A stretch of DNA of 64,000 nt from Auanema rhodensis (taxonomy: Eukaryota > Animalia > Nematoda). The position numbers and the translations under genes were made by a program. The notes beneath the pieces were generated by a model. It did not search any database, was not told the DNA's origin, and saw only the letters and a list, made by a program, of their open reading frames with translations. Shown piece by piece: positions 25,337 through 37,850 of the stretch. Position 1 is the stretch's first letter. Each line of letters begins with the position of its first letter. The stretch covers positions 12,834,001-12,898,000 of the forward strand of contig OZ059898.1 of the NCBI GenBank assembly GCA_964057225.1, in the 5' to 3' direction.

Positions 25337-26934
25337 CTAATCAAATACAAGTCTCTTCTTGGCTGGTTCATTACCGAATTCATCTTGGAGCCGCCGACGT
25401 CTGCTCTCTCTGGTGCCACCCATTGGTCTTCCAGGCAATGGTAAATCGGTATCAGGACAACAATAAGGTTCTTTGCTATAAAACATTACATTACAACAAT
25501 CAAAACAAACAACAGTAAACAACTGTTTCTATTCACACTACGAAGAGACAATGACGTGAGCTTATCATGAAAATAATAACAAACCTGAAGTAAGGAGATT
25601 GCAAGGCTTGAGTAGAATTTATTCTGCGAAGTGGATCAAACATGAACATTCCTCGCAAAAGCAGGACAAGATCTTCTGTTGCGGCCGTGAAAATATCACG
25701 AAGTTCGATAGCAGGAGACTCTCTGTTAAGCATGGTTGGTATTATACGTTAATAATCTCAACTAACTTAATTTTGACATAATCAGCTAAACTAGTCATAT
25801 CAGGCCAATCTTCTTCAGTTGGAGTTCCTAAAACTTTGAATATTTTGCACAACTGATCCAAGTCAGATTCTCCAGGGAATATAGGATTCTGAATATTTAA
25901 GAAGTATTTAAATGCCCTTCAGAGAAAAAAAATTACTCTTAAAAGCAACTCAGCTATGATGCATCCCATAGCCCACATATCTACGCCAACGCCATATGTT
26001 TTGGCTCCATATAGTAATTCTGGAGCTCGGTACCAGCGAGTAACAACCTGTATCGAATTACTGAAATGGTAAAAAAGCGAATTTACACTCACTTGGTTAG
26101 TGTAATAACGATTAGGAGAACCGAAAAAACGTGCAAGACCAAAATCAGCAATTTTTATTCTGCCAGCGCTATTCATTAACAAGTTATTAGGCTTCATATC
26201 CTGGAATCAAAAAAACTGAGTTCAATACAAAAACTGGCATATATTCATTAATACAATCTCACGTAGCGTGAAAATTTTGCGATTTTCCATTTTTGGCAGT
26301 GTTTTGGCAGATAACGGTTGTGTTCTTTGCCTATCTATAACGTAGAACTTAAACTCACTCTATGGAGAATCCAATGAGCATGAAGAAATTCCAACCCAAG
26401 AAGAGTTTGCATAGTCATATTTTTAATTTGAGCAGGATTCAAGATTATAGAGAAATCTTTGATAACATGCTAAAAACAGCTTAAGATTTACTTTAAATCA
26501 GTTTCAAATGGCTGACCTCGAGATCAGTTTCCATGAAATCGAAAACTAATTGAATAGTTGTTCTACTACCAATAACATCACGAAGCTGAAATAAATCATT
26601 AGAACTTGTGTGGCAGAAGCTGTAAAACCCCAATAATATTTTCATGATGAATCTCTTGAAGAAGCTTAATTTCTCTTAAAGCTGTTCGATTAATTCCATC
26701 CTTTGCTTCTGCTCTAGAACCCAATTTGATCTAAAAAGAATAATGAGAAAGAACACTGTTCGAAGTAACTCTTACCTTTTTAATAGCTACCAAATCTCCA
26801 GTATCGTGATCTTTAGCTTTGTAGACATTAGCAAACTAATAAAAATATTGAAAACAATATATATGGAAATAGCTCACCTGTCCTTCTCCTAAATGCTGTA
26901 TTTTTTCATAACGTTTCGTATTTTCCTTTCTCAT
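25337..26934 (-). CDS. cdk-7: Cyclin-dependent kinase 7 (CAK/TFIIH)
   Basis: [57 protein letters not shown]-terminal AKKRLVFD*. Confidence 0.95.
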
Positions 26935-27103
26935 CTAAATCCATAAATAGAACCAATTAAAACATAATTTTGTAAATAATTCTTAGCCATTTACTACGTT
27001 GAGCATAATAAGTAATTTATTATAAAAATTTATTCCGGTATTAACAAGAACAAAAAAGATTCAACAAAAAAAACAACAAATAACAATTATAACAAACATC
27101 AAC

Positions 27104-29725
27104 TTAAGCTTTAAATGAACGTAGTGGGTCAGCTTGTTGACGTTTATGCTTCTTTTGATTGAAAGACATAAACTTCTTTTTACTTCGGTTTCTTAAGCCA
27201 GGCTTCGAAGTTTTCTTTTTACCGAGATTGTAATTTGTTCCTCTTAAAGCCTTGGGTACTAAAGAATAGATACTAGTTACTGTTGTATGATAATAATGGG
27301 TTTACCTATGTAATCAGGAACATCAGAAATAGCTTCATTTACTTTGAGAGTGGCTGGTTGCTCAGTGGTACTCATCAAATCTTTTTCTCTTGGATTACTC
27401 ACAAAATAGCTTTGAAGCTTTTGAGATCTCATGAGCTGAAATATAACAGTAATGTAAGAAAATTGTGATCATCTTACCTCAAGCTTAATTTCTCTCAAAC
27501 GAGCATATTTGATATTACTCTTAGAGCATTTCATCAGAGCTTCCTAAAATTACAATATAACAATTAAGCTATGACATAAGAAAACATACTCTAGTACGAA
27601 GAACAAATGAGTCTAACTCATTAATTCTGATCTCGTAAGGCTTCAAAACAGTACGATTCACTGAAAATATCGTTTCACATCTCAACCTCTCGATTTAAAT
27701 AGTTAAAACATACTTAATGTATTAATTTCTTCTTGAACAGCTTCTAATGTTGGTCTCTCTTCTGGAGAGCAGAAAGATAAAGCAGTTCCCTTATTCCAAC
27801 CACGAGCAGTCCTGAAACAAATGAGTATTCTATGAAAACATTGAACGACGTACCGTCCGACTCTGTGGATGTAAGTATCAGTATTTGTAGGGAAATCAAA
27901 GTTAATAACATTTGAAACATGATGGAAATCAATACCACGAGCAATACCAGATTCTTTGTCGCGTGGACCCTGTAAAAAGTAATAATAAAATGAATATATT
28001 AAAAAGGTATACTTTGGTTTTAGGAGTGGTTTCTCCACCATCAGCGAAAGCATCTTGAGCATCAGAAGCAATAATAATACTATAATATCCATTGTTGAAT
28101 TGATTAATAACATGACAACGACTGTTTGCTGGCATTTCAGAATTTAAGACGCAAGCCTTAACTCCAAAAGCACGGAGAACGAGACTTAGCCTAAAAACAA
28201 AATGAATATTAAATTAATAAAAGCCTTAACAAACTTATAACAGCGATCAGTGTCGTTAACAAAAATAATTGTCTTTCCTACGATGAGACGAAGTTTTATC
28301 ATTGAAATCATAATCGAAAATCTTTGTTCTTCATCTAGACATGTAATCAAATATTGAGATAACTGATCAGCATCAGGTAAATCTCCTTCCTAAAATGAAT
28401 ACGTTGATAAAGCTGTTAACTAGTAGAATATTACTTTAAGCTTAATAGTAACAACTGGACCAGTCATGAAAATTTTCTTCAACAATGTCATATCGTCAGT
28501 CAAAGTAGCAGAAGTGAAAATACATTGGTATTGGTCGGGAAGACGTTCACGTAAGTATCTACGAGAAAAAAATAATTATAATTATTGGATTTCATGAACT
28601 TACGACATTTCTTCCTCATAACCAAACGAAAGCAATAAATCAGCTTCGTCCAAAACAAGTGTTTTCACGTTTTTACAGAATTCTGGACGCATTTTCAACA
28701 TTTCGACTATCTTTCCAGGAGTGGAGACAACAAATGATGGATTATCCTGTAACAAATATAATTTTGAAACGAATTTCTATTTAATCTTTACCATCTCCCA
28801 TACAGCCTTCTCTTCTGCAGATAGTTCCGACAGGTTCAAACAGCTCAAGAAAGGAAGAGGTTCCAAGAACTTATTAATCAGATTATTAATCTAAATATGA
28901 ATATTAAATTGTTTATAAAAGTTGTTCCTTACCTGTGTAACTAATTCTTTGGTAGGTCCGACAAAAAGAGCGAAAGGTCCTACTGCAGATGGACTACTCT
29001 AAAAACCCTCGAGTAATCAAACGAATCAAAACATAAAACGTACATTGACAAAATTAACAATTCTGTTGATGGTCGGTATCAGAAAAGCAGCAGTCTTTCC
29101 ACTACCAGTGCGGGCACGGGCCATAATATTCTTGTCTTCCAAAGCCAAAGCTATGACAGACTCTTGAACTTGTGTAGGATGAGACCAACCCATTTGACCA
29201 ATCATCTGAAATTAATAAACAATCATACAAAAAATCAACAAACAGTACCTTTTGTATTCTTTCGTCGATAGCAAAATCGGAAAATTTCTTCTGTTCTGGC
29301 GTAAACTCGACTTTCTCAACACTTGGTGCCATAATTTCTTCAGCTAACTTCATACGTTTCCTAATTATCATATGACATTAATATGTATTTTCCAAGAAAT
29401 ACTTACTGAGATCCAGTCTTCTTCCGGTTTCGTAATCTCTTTTTGCCTTTAATGGGTTCAGGGGCACCTTCGACCTCTTTAACCATTTCAGGAACATGTT
29501 TCTAAAGAGAAAAAATTAAACACACGTAAATAACGTAAAAATAACCTTCTTTGGCTCTTCTACTACTTTCTTTTCTTTTTTATCTTCTACATTTTCGGCG
29601 AATCGAACAGAAGACTTCTTCTTCTTTGCAGGTTCTTTGGCTACTTTGTTTTCCTTGACTGGAACATTTTCTTCCACGCCAGTATCCTTGACTTTCTTCT
29701 TCTTCAAAGATGTATCTTTTTTCAT
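27104..29725 (-). CDS. DDX56: DEAD-box RNA helicase DDX56/Dbp9
   Basis: K/E-rich N-terminus, [45 protein letters not shown]-terminal DPLRSFKA*. Confidence 0.92.
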
Positions 29726-29928
29726 CTGTAAAAAAAAATAAGGTAATTAATAGTATAGAAATACATTTTTTAAGAAGTGAAATAATATTAACTTGCGAAA
29801 ACCTTGCACATTTAGAATCATACCGCACTTGCCGCACAGTGAAATGGGCGGGGCGAAATCAGTACGTGGTTATTTTCTTGAAAACTTTGAATTAGCAAAA
29901 GGTTAAATATAGTTTTTAATTGCACGCA
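29726..29928. promoter_or_regulatory. Compact bidirectional promoter between DDX56 and RPC11
   Basis: Divergent start codons about 200 bp apart; GC box GGGCGGGGC near 29846. Confidence 0.55.
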
Positions 29929-30344
29929 ATGCTTTCCTTTTGTCCTGATTGTGGAGGAACCCTTCAAATTGAAGATGGCCAACAATGCATGCAATTTTCT
30001 TGTCCCTGCTGTCCTTACGTTTGCCCCATAACAAGAAAGGTTTTATTAATGTTAACATGTCTTTTTCTAATTTTCATAATTCAGATAAGCAGTAGGATAT
30101 ATCCAAAATTGAAAGATCTAGACGAAGTCTTGGGAGGACCTGGTGCATGGGAAAGTGCTCAAGTTACTGATGGTTAGCTACAGATGAATTTAGGCGGGAG
30201 TTACATGTATATTTAGAGCGTTGCCCTGTTTGTGCGCATGGTAGAGCCTATTTCTTAGAACTTCAAACGAGATCTGCTGACGAACCTGCGACTATTTTCT
30301 ATCGTTGTGCTGATAATAAGTGTGGTCATCGGTGGAAAGACTAG
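29929..30344 (+). CDS. rpc-11: RNA polymerase III subunit RPC11/POLR3K
   Basis: MLSFCPDCG zinc ribbon, LDEVLGGPGAWE, QTRSADEPATIFYRC (TFIIS-like). Confidence 0.95.
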
Positions 30345-30544
30345 GGATTTTTAAAATGTACAAATTTATTTCTTCTTTTTTGTTCTTTTTTTTTCAAATA
30401 GTTTTGTTTGTTGTTATATGGTTTGCTCTCCTTTTGGGACTTTTCATAATTGTTGATAGATTTATATCAAAAAGATGTAAAATAAAAAATTTTTCTACTG
30501 TTGGTGCTTTAGTAATTACAAGGTGGGAAACAACTTTTCATATT

Positions 30545-31169
30545 ATGCTCATATTGTTCTATTTCAGTACTTATTTCTTTCACGTTCTTCAACTTTTACA
30601 TTTAACACATGCTGATCATAAAGCAGGTAAACACTTAAATATTTTTTTTTAAATTTTTTTTTTCGCAGAAAATAAATGTACTTGGTACCGATACTTAACA
30701 TCAACTTGCGATGCTAGTTTCACTTATATTTGGCTATGGAGATTAGATCCTATTTCCGTTACTGCTAATTTTCTTGGCGAATTACTTGTTAAATTTTCTT
30801 CTATGGTATAACAACTTGAGAGAATCTGGTTTGAGATTTTCTTTTAGTTTGGACGGTCACTAGGAGCTCTCATCTCGGGGCTATTTCGAGAACTACCATG
30901 GCTTCTCCATATACCCGCTGCAGTCATGTGTGGTCTAGTATTTGTTTTCAGTGTTTTTGCCCTTTTTGGATATGAACTCCATATTTTTGGAATTTTCCAT
31001 ATATCAAGGTATGTAAATATCTTTAGATGCTATTATAAAGAATATACTCAGACCAAGAAAATCCGCAGAGTTCAACCGGTACTGGGAAAAGAAAGCCATC
31101 CTTCCAACACCTGTTAATCGTTCAATTTCTATTGTAAAAGAACTCTATCAAAAAAACATAAATAAATAA
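30545..31169 (+). CDS. Small membrane protein resembling the CLCC1/MCLC core
   Basis: Four exons; hydrophobic N-terminus, C-x-W...C pair, DPISVTANFLGELLVKFSSMFGRSLGALISGLFRELPWLLHIP followed by a TM helix. Confidence 0.6.
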
Positions 31170-31391
31170 TTATAAAATTTATCTAATGACTGGCACTTTG
31201 TTTCTAAGTTATTGTCAAAAACTGGTCAGGTGTGCAACGTATTTTACAAGTAAAATGAACAACAGTCCATCCTTTCATTTTCGTTCCCGCCATCGTAGAT
31301 CTCGTTTCATGACGTCTTCGATTTTATCGATATAAGAAGATCCCTACTGACCAACATTCTGATTCAAGTGTCTATATTTCATTGATTATTT

Positions 31392-32109
31392 ATGGATTTT
31401 CAAGTAGCCTCTGTAAAAAGAACGTTTTTCAATGTAAATGAGCATGAAAATATAAAAAAGCAAGTAAGTTTCACCCTTTTCTTTAAAAAAAATTTGATTA
31501 TGTATAGATTCTTGATAGAACTTCGTATTCGTCATCAAATCTACTTTCATTATATGGTAAGTTGTAATATTTGGTCTAAAGAACTTGTTCCGGTAATATA
31601 GGTCCAATGTTATTAACGGAAATGACAAAAATTAGCAATGCTAAATCTAGAAGTAGATATCATATGAATTTGTAAGTTTCAACTTTATATAAATTATTTT
31701 AAAATATTTGTTAAATATGATAGGTTTATAAATGCTCAAGAGATATTAGAGAATTTCTTAGAAAACTTGATGAGTTTGATGAAAATTACATCAGCATCTA
31801 ATACGAGTTGTGAATTTATTACTTTGTCAGGAAACACAGCGGCAAGTTAACTGTTACAATTTTCATTTTAGAATTTCAAAATTGTAGGCCGACGAAAGTG
31901 AATATCTTAATAAATTGCCATGGAAAATTCAAACTATATCACATAATATAGAATCTTTAAATATACCTTTACTACGGGCAAAAATTATGGAAGTAGCCTC
32001 AGTTTTCGAGCATCTTCAATCATTATCATCAGAGATAGAAAAATTAGACGACGTGCTATCTTTGAGAAATCAATCAGCAACATCGGGAAGACTAGCACGA
32101 AATGGTTGA
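31392..32109 (+). CDS. Uncharacterised helical/coiled-coil protein
   Basis: Five exons splice in frame (MDFQVASVK...ARNG*); one intron needs a GC donor at 31842. Confidence 0.65.
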
Positions 32110-32217
32110 ATGATTTAAAATAAATATTTTCCTATTTGTTTTTTTTCCACACAATACGAACACGATTTCATAATAAGCCTTCATCGTATCTACTCTATAA
32201 TGAATCACATACAATAC

Positions 32218-32801
32218 TTAATGTTGCTTCATCTCGAAAGGTGGGATGAGTCCAGAAGTATCAGCACGGGCCTTCTTCTCAGCTTCAATTTCATCAAGAT
32301 ATGGCTTAAGGTACCAGGTCTCCTGAATAATATTAATATTAAGACCACAAGAGAAAGCTTAACACTAACGTCTTCCCACTTGGTCCAGGCATTCTTAGGT
32401 AACTTCTCTCCGTGAAGAGATAAAGTATGAGCACGAGCTAAGCGTTCCTTACGAGCATCAAAAAGATGAGGCTCCTGTAAATTTGAATTCGAATATCATG
32501 CTTAAATTAAATTTATTACCTTCAAATTGAGACGGCGGAGAGCTTCAGTTACTTCTGGAGCTGGCTCGAAGTAAGTGTCATGGAACTGAAGACCTTAAAA
32601 AATAAAAATAAACGAAATCACAACAATTGAAGACATACCGAACTCGCGTCCCCCCCAAAGGTAGTTCCAAGAAACCTTGCGAAGCCAATTAGCAGCAGCA
32701 TCTGCAAAATTGTTAAACTAACAATGCCAATAAAATAAAAACCTACTATCATAAGCGAACTTAACGCTCTGGGCGGCAGCAAGAGTAGTTCTAAAGGCCA
32801 T
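32218..32801 (-). CDS. UQCRB: Cytochrome bc1 complex subunit 7 (UQCRB/QCR7)
   Basis: GLQFHDTYFEPAPEVTEALRRL, RKERLARAHTLSLHGEKLPKNAWTKWE, YLKPYLDEIEAE. Confidence 0.92.
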
Positions 32802-33115
32802 ACTGAAAATTAAAGTATTAACATCAAAATCTAAACAGCGCAAGCGTTAAAATAAAGTACTAGTTAAAGGCTATTTATTCGCATAAGCTAATTAGCATGA
32901 AGCTAACTAGATTCATAATCTTCTCTTTATAAACTGGTTTAACAAAAATAAGGAATAACGTTATATATACATTTATTATAAATAAAAGATTAAATATAAG
33001 AAATTATTTCACTGCTGAAGGGCGGTACATTAAGGTCCCTCCAAACTACGGTAGGATTAGAGCGCACTTGCCAACAAATCACAAAAGCAGCACGGTGCAA
33101 CAACACACGAACAAA

Positions 33116-33860
33116 TTATAAATCGTTGGCTGTGGATTTGTTAAAAAACTGAGTAATTTTCTGTTTTTTAATGTATGATTGTATATTCAGTTTTATATTG
33201 CGAGAAATTGATATTAAACACAAAACACATAAGGCGAATATGACTGAAAAAAATAACTTCAATGATCTTTTATACTATTATTATACTACCTGCTCTTACA
33301 GCATCATCTGCCCGATAAGGAAGGTGATCTTTCTTTCTAGATGTGAACTTCCGTTCACTAAACAGAGAACATGTGTATACAATGGAGTAAATGAGCCCTG
33401 CTATATTCAAGCTTCCCCAAGCGTCCTTTTAGAAAACTTTAGAAATTATCATCATGATTAAAACTTCTCAGACTTCCATGCTCAATTCTGGCGTTGTCCA
33501 TTTTGATAATGATTTGAATTTTGTTCCACTAACACAATAATCTTCGTTGCAAAGCTCGCATTTTTTTTTGTTGCTCAAATTTATCCAATGAGATAAACAT
33601 TCCCCATGAACATTAGCCATCTGAATAAGGATTTCAACTATTGCAATCTACTGATTTACCGTTCCAGTACAACCACAAGGAGTTATTAAAATATCTTTCT
33701 CCGACAAACAAATTCTACAGATATTTGCACTAGAACTACTTAGAAGAGAGGTCATACTAAGTCGATTATACTCTGTCTATTTTCCGGAATATGATATGGA
33801 ATACCTGCTCAATTGAGTAACTGACTCACTTACAGAAAGTTGTGTATCGACAGTGTTCAT
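33116..33860 (-). CDS. MARCH-family RING-CH E3 ligase with two TM helices
   Basis: CRIC...PCGCTGTMANVHGECLSHW...CELC (C4HC3) followed by two hydrophobic helices. Confidence 0.85.
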
Positions 33861-34428
33861 GTTTTATATAACTATTAAAGCAAACAAAAACAAATTTCGT
33901 AGTTGTGTTTTTGCACCACAACCGGTAACCAATATTTCGTTTAACTAAATGAATTTGTGATTTTTTAAAACAATACTTGAAATTTGAAATGAAACTCGAA
34001 TTTGTTTATTAGATTGTGTTTAGATAAAAATACAGCAAATAGGCAGCTTCAATTATCAAAGACTACCTTTAAAAACTAAATTGATTGGTGAAAAAAAGAA
34101 AAGTTTTTAACATATACAACTGTTTAGGAAATCTAGCCACGAACGACAACATTTGGAACAGTGACAAAGTAATTTGAAAAACAGTAGGTGAAAGTTTTAA
34201 CAGGATACTTGAAGTGAACCCGTTGATCGATAGACAATTTTAGGCTTAGAAATGGCTAAGCAAGTAGAAGTTCTATAAAATATCACAAAGCTGAGTAATA
34301 TTAAGAATCTTGAAGAATAATACATCTTACAAAATATGAAGCAAGCAAATTTGAGAAAAAAATAAATATAAACTCTTACCAAAGCAAGATTAATGTATAA
34401 CTATACAGTTAGCAAAATGTATGAACAT

Positions 34429-36364
34429 CTAAGCTTCACAATCATGCACCATAACAACAAGAGACTTTTCCAATCCCTCCTCTCTGAATGTTTTTGCTTC
34501 AATATAAGGCCCAGTTGAGTCTCCAGCCGCAGCAAGATGAACAGACTTGATATCATGATACCTGAATGATAACGAAATAATTTTCAAACTTTTAAAATAA
34601 GAATACAAACCATTCTGGCGCGCAGGTTAACTCTTTCCTTGGATAGGTGGTATGAGCTGTAAAAAAGTCAGGACACTTCTCGTGAACGAAAATCACAGAA
34701 AATAGTTTCTGAAAACAGACAAATGAGCTTTTATGTTTTGAGAAAAAACCTCTAAGCTATCATCTGCAATAAATCTTCTATCAAGTCTAGCACCACATGG
34801 GAAACGGACTTGTACTCTAACAGTATCTACATTAGTATCAGTTACTTCTTCGCCCAAAGATTCTTTTACAGAAGCACGACGATTACCAACTTCCTAAAAA
34901 TTCCAAATTATCTTTAGTTTAAGAAAAAATAAGAAAAAAATTACCTGTCTTCTTTCATCAGCTTCACGTAGCTTTTGTCTTTCACGCTCTTCAGCATCTG
35001 CCTTTTCACTCTCGAGTCGTTTTCGCTCTTGAATACGAGCACGGTCTTTAGCAGCACTTTCCTGGTATTCACGTTCTTGCTCTGCTCTAATACGTTGATC
35101 TTCTTCTCTTTGAGCCCTGAAATCAAATGTTGAATCTTAAATAAAGGTAAAAAGAGATTGACTTTTGTAAACGTAAAAGATTAAGCTGGGCTTCATGATG
35201 CTCAATAGCAATACGAAGATTGTTACAAACATATCCTTCATCATTACGTGGCATGCTAAAATGAATAATCTGAAAAAATATCGAATGAGATATATTTGAT
35301 AAGAGTTTAATCTATACCAAAGCCATTTTATTATTTTTCACGGATAGTAGAGCAAGATATGGATAAGCAAAAGGTCGTAATAACTGCGCCACTAAAAAAA
35401 TTCAATGAAGTTTGAAATAAGTAAAGTTGTATCTCTTACAATACGATCCTTGTCCAGATTGTAATGAAACTCCCCAAACAATCACATCTTTCTCAGCAAG
35501 TAAACCTCTAAATTGTTCACCGTGCATGACTTGAGATATAAAATCATTTGACTTCTGCAAGATGAAATGAAATATATGAACACCTTTTTGAATTCATACC
35601 TGATTATTGGAGTCATGAATGTATAATAAAAGCATGCGAAGAGATCGCTTGGCTTCCTGACATACCTAGAACCGCTGATTGAGAAAAATAACGAAACTGT
35701 ATAATTACCTCTTCATAGGTATTGTGAGAAAAAGTTATACGGTTTTCAACATCAGTAAACTGCTGTTCGTAATTATTTACAAAATTCAAAACATCTCCTC
35801 TGGGATCGGTAACCTTGGGCGCACTACGACCCATTAAAACTTCATCTAAATTTAGTGATAAAATCCGCAATATCTAACTAAAAGCTTACACAAGAAAGAA
35901 AATATATCATATATGGCAGAAACTGTCATTCTAACTGGGATAGTAGCTACGGCAAAAAACCAATCCAGCCAACCCAATTGTTGTTGCCGGTTTACCACTG
36001 GCCGCGGAACTTGAGCAACACGCTCACTAAAACAAAAATAAATAAATATGTATATATGATTGTATACCTTGAGGTAACATTTCTACGCCTTAAATCTACA
36101 TCTCCAAAATGTTCAGTAGCAAGTTGTGGCCCAATAACTCCACCTGTCTGAAGAATAATCCTAGTATTTTAAGAAATATATTACAATATACACACCTGAA
36201 AAAAGAGATGAACGGCAGATTCCAACTCTCCATCACAATGAATTAAAAATTGACGAGCTTTCGAATCATCTACAGCACAAATCTCCTTAAAGCAAAGTAT
36301 TATTTTTCTTTATGAAAAAGTACTATACTTTAAATCTCTCTACCAGTTCCTGATTGACTTCCAT
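34429..36364 (-). CDS. FAF2: FAF2/UBXD8-like p97 adaptor (UBA, membrane hairpin, UAS, coiled coil, UBX)
   Basis: N-terminal UBA-like region, WLDWFFAVATIP hairpin, VTDPRGDVLNFV, AYPYLALL, QEREYQESA, UBX motifs VRVQVRFPCG and YPRK. Confidence 0.85.
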
Positions 36365-37008
36365 GAATATAAGTAATAAAACAACTCTTTAAAAATCTGC
36401 AAAACACATCGGTACGACACAGTAAAATGAAGAAAACAAGTGTGAACAGCCGATACAGACTAAAAAAAATAAGAAAAAAAGCACAGCCGATATAAGTACA
36501 CGTCATCATAGAAATCAGAATGATAATTAAAAATCTATGGCATTTATTTTAAGTCTGTTTAAATCAAATAAACTTTTTTTTATAAAAAAAAGCTGGCCAT
36601 CTTATTTGCTTAAGGCATAAACGCAGGGCTTATTAGACTGATCCATATTCAGAGTGACCGATCTGCAACACTGCGCACAACATTGTGGGCGTGGCTAAAA
36701 GCGTTCTTTCATTTCGTAGCGTTTTCAAAAGAGTTGAACTCAGTAAAACTAATATTTTAAAATTATACTTACTATAATAGATATAAATCATTTTATTTCT
36801 ATCACTCTGTCTGTATATTCTTTATTTTAATTTTTTATGATGTTTTTTATTATACCGAATTTCTTGTTTTCTTTGTTTTTCTTTAGTGTTCAGTTTTATA
36901 TGATGATTTCAAGCTCTTTATTTTATTCTACTATCTTTATTTTTCTAAATAGTTTGCTAGAGCTATGTTTTTTGTATAATAAACTGTATTTTTTTTTGTT
37001 TTAAGTCC

Positions 37009-37762
37009 ATGCCACCTGGAGGTGAAGGCTCTTCAAAGAAGAAGAGGCTGACCAAAGACAGTAAAAACGATAAAGATGATGACAGTGGAACTTGGGAATG
37101 TTCATTATGTACATTCAGAAATAGATTTGAAGCGTTTAAATGTGAAATGTGTGATACAAGGTTTTTTTCATTTATTAATATAATTTAATTTCAATAATAA
37201 ATAGGAAGGGAACCTCAACGAGGAAACCCCGATTAAATGAAAATGTTGTTGAAAGACAAAAAACAGTTCAAAAGTTTGTGGTTCAGCAACAAGAGAAGGC
37301 GGCTAACAGGTTTAACTTATTGTTATTGTTGGTTCATAATTTTTTTCATTTTGAAGCTTTAGGAAGAGAGCCCATCGAAGTGGATCACCTACTTCACGTA
37401 ATTCTCCTGCCTCAACGTCGAGTGGACCTTCTGTGGGTAAAGCTCAAAAATTAGCGAATAATAACAGAAAAAGGAGGCCAAATAAACGAATCATGGTTCC
37501 TATTCCTGATACATATATTTATCGGTGAGTCTTTTTTAGCATGAATTATCAATTCATATTCATTATATGTGCATTATTATATCTATATATACCTACGTTT
37601 CGCAGATCGTCACCTAGAAAGGTAACCGTAACTGTTGCTGGTGTGTCGGCTACAATTGCCGAATTCCGCAAAAAACCCGGCAATGCGGACAAGGTAGCTT
37701 TCAAGAAAGGTGCGAGAGCAATAGGCAATTCTACAGAAATCAAGAAAGATGGAGTTTCTTAG
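37009..37762 (+). CDS. RYBP: RYBP/YAF2-like Polycomb (non-canonical PRC1) protein
   Basis: RanBP2-type zinc finger [32 protein letters not shown]-terminal [21 protein letters not shown]. Confidence 0.9.
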
Positions 37763-37850
37763 AATGTTTTCGATTTGTATTTTGTATATATTCATTTTAT
37801 AATGATCTCAACTAATATTATTCTATATTTCACTTTTATCAAATCTGTTG

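Noticed and set aside
33320-33345. Suspected frameshift in the MARCH gene
   Set aside because: On re-reading the frame is intact (SRKKDHLPYRADDAVRA).
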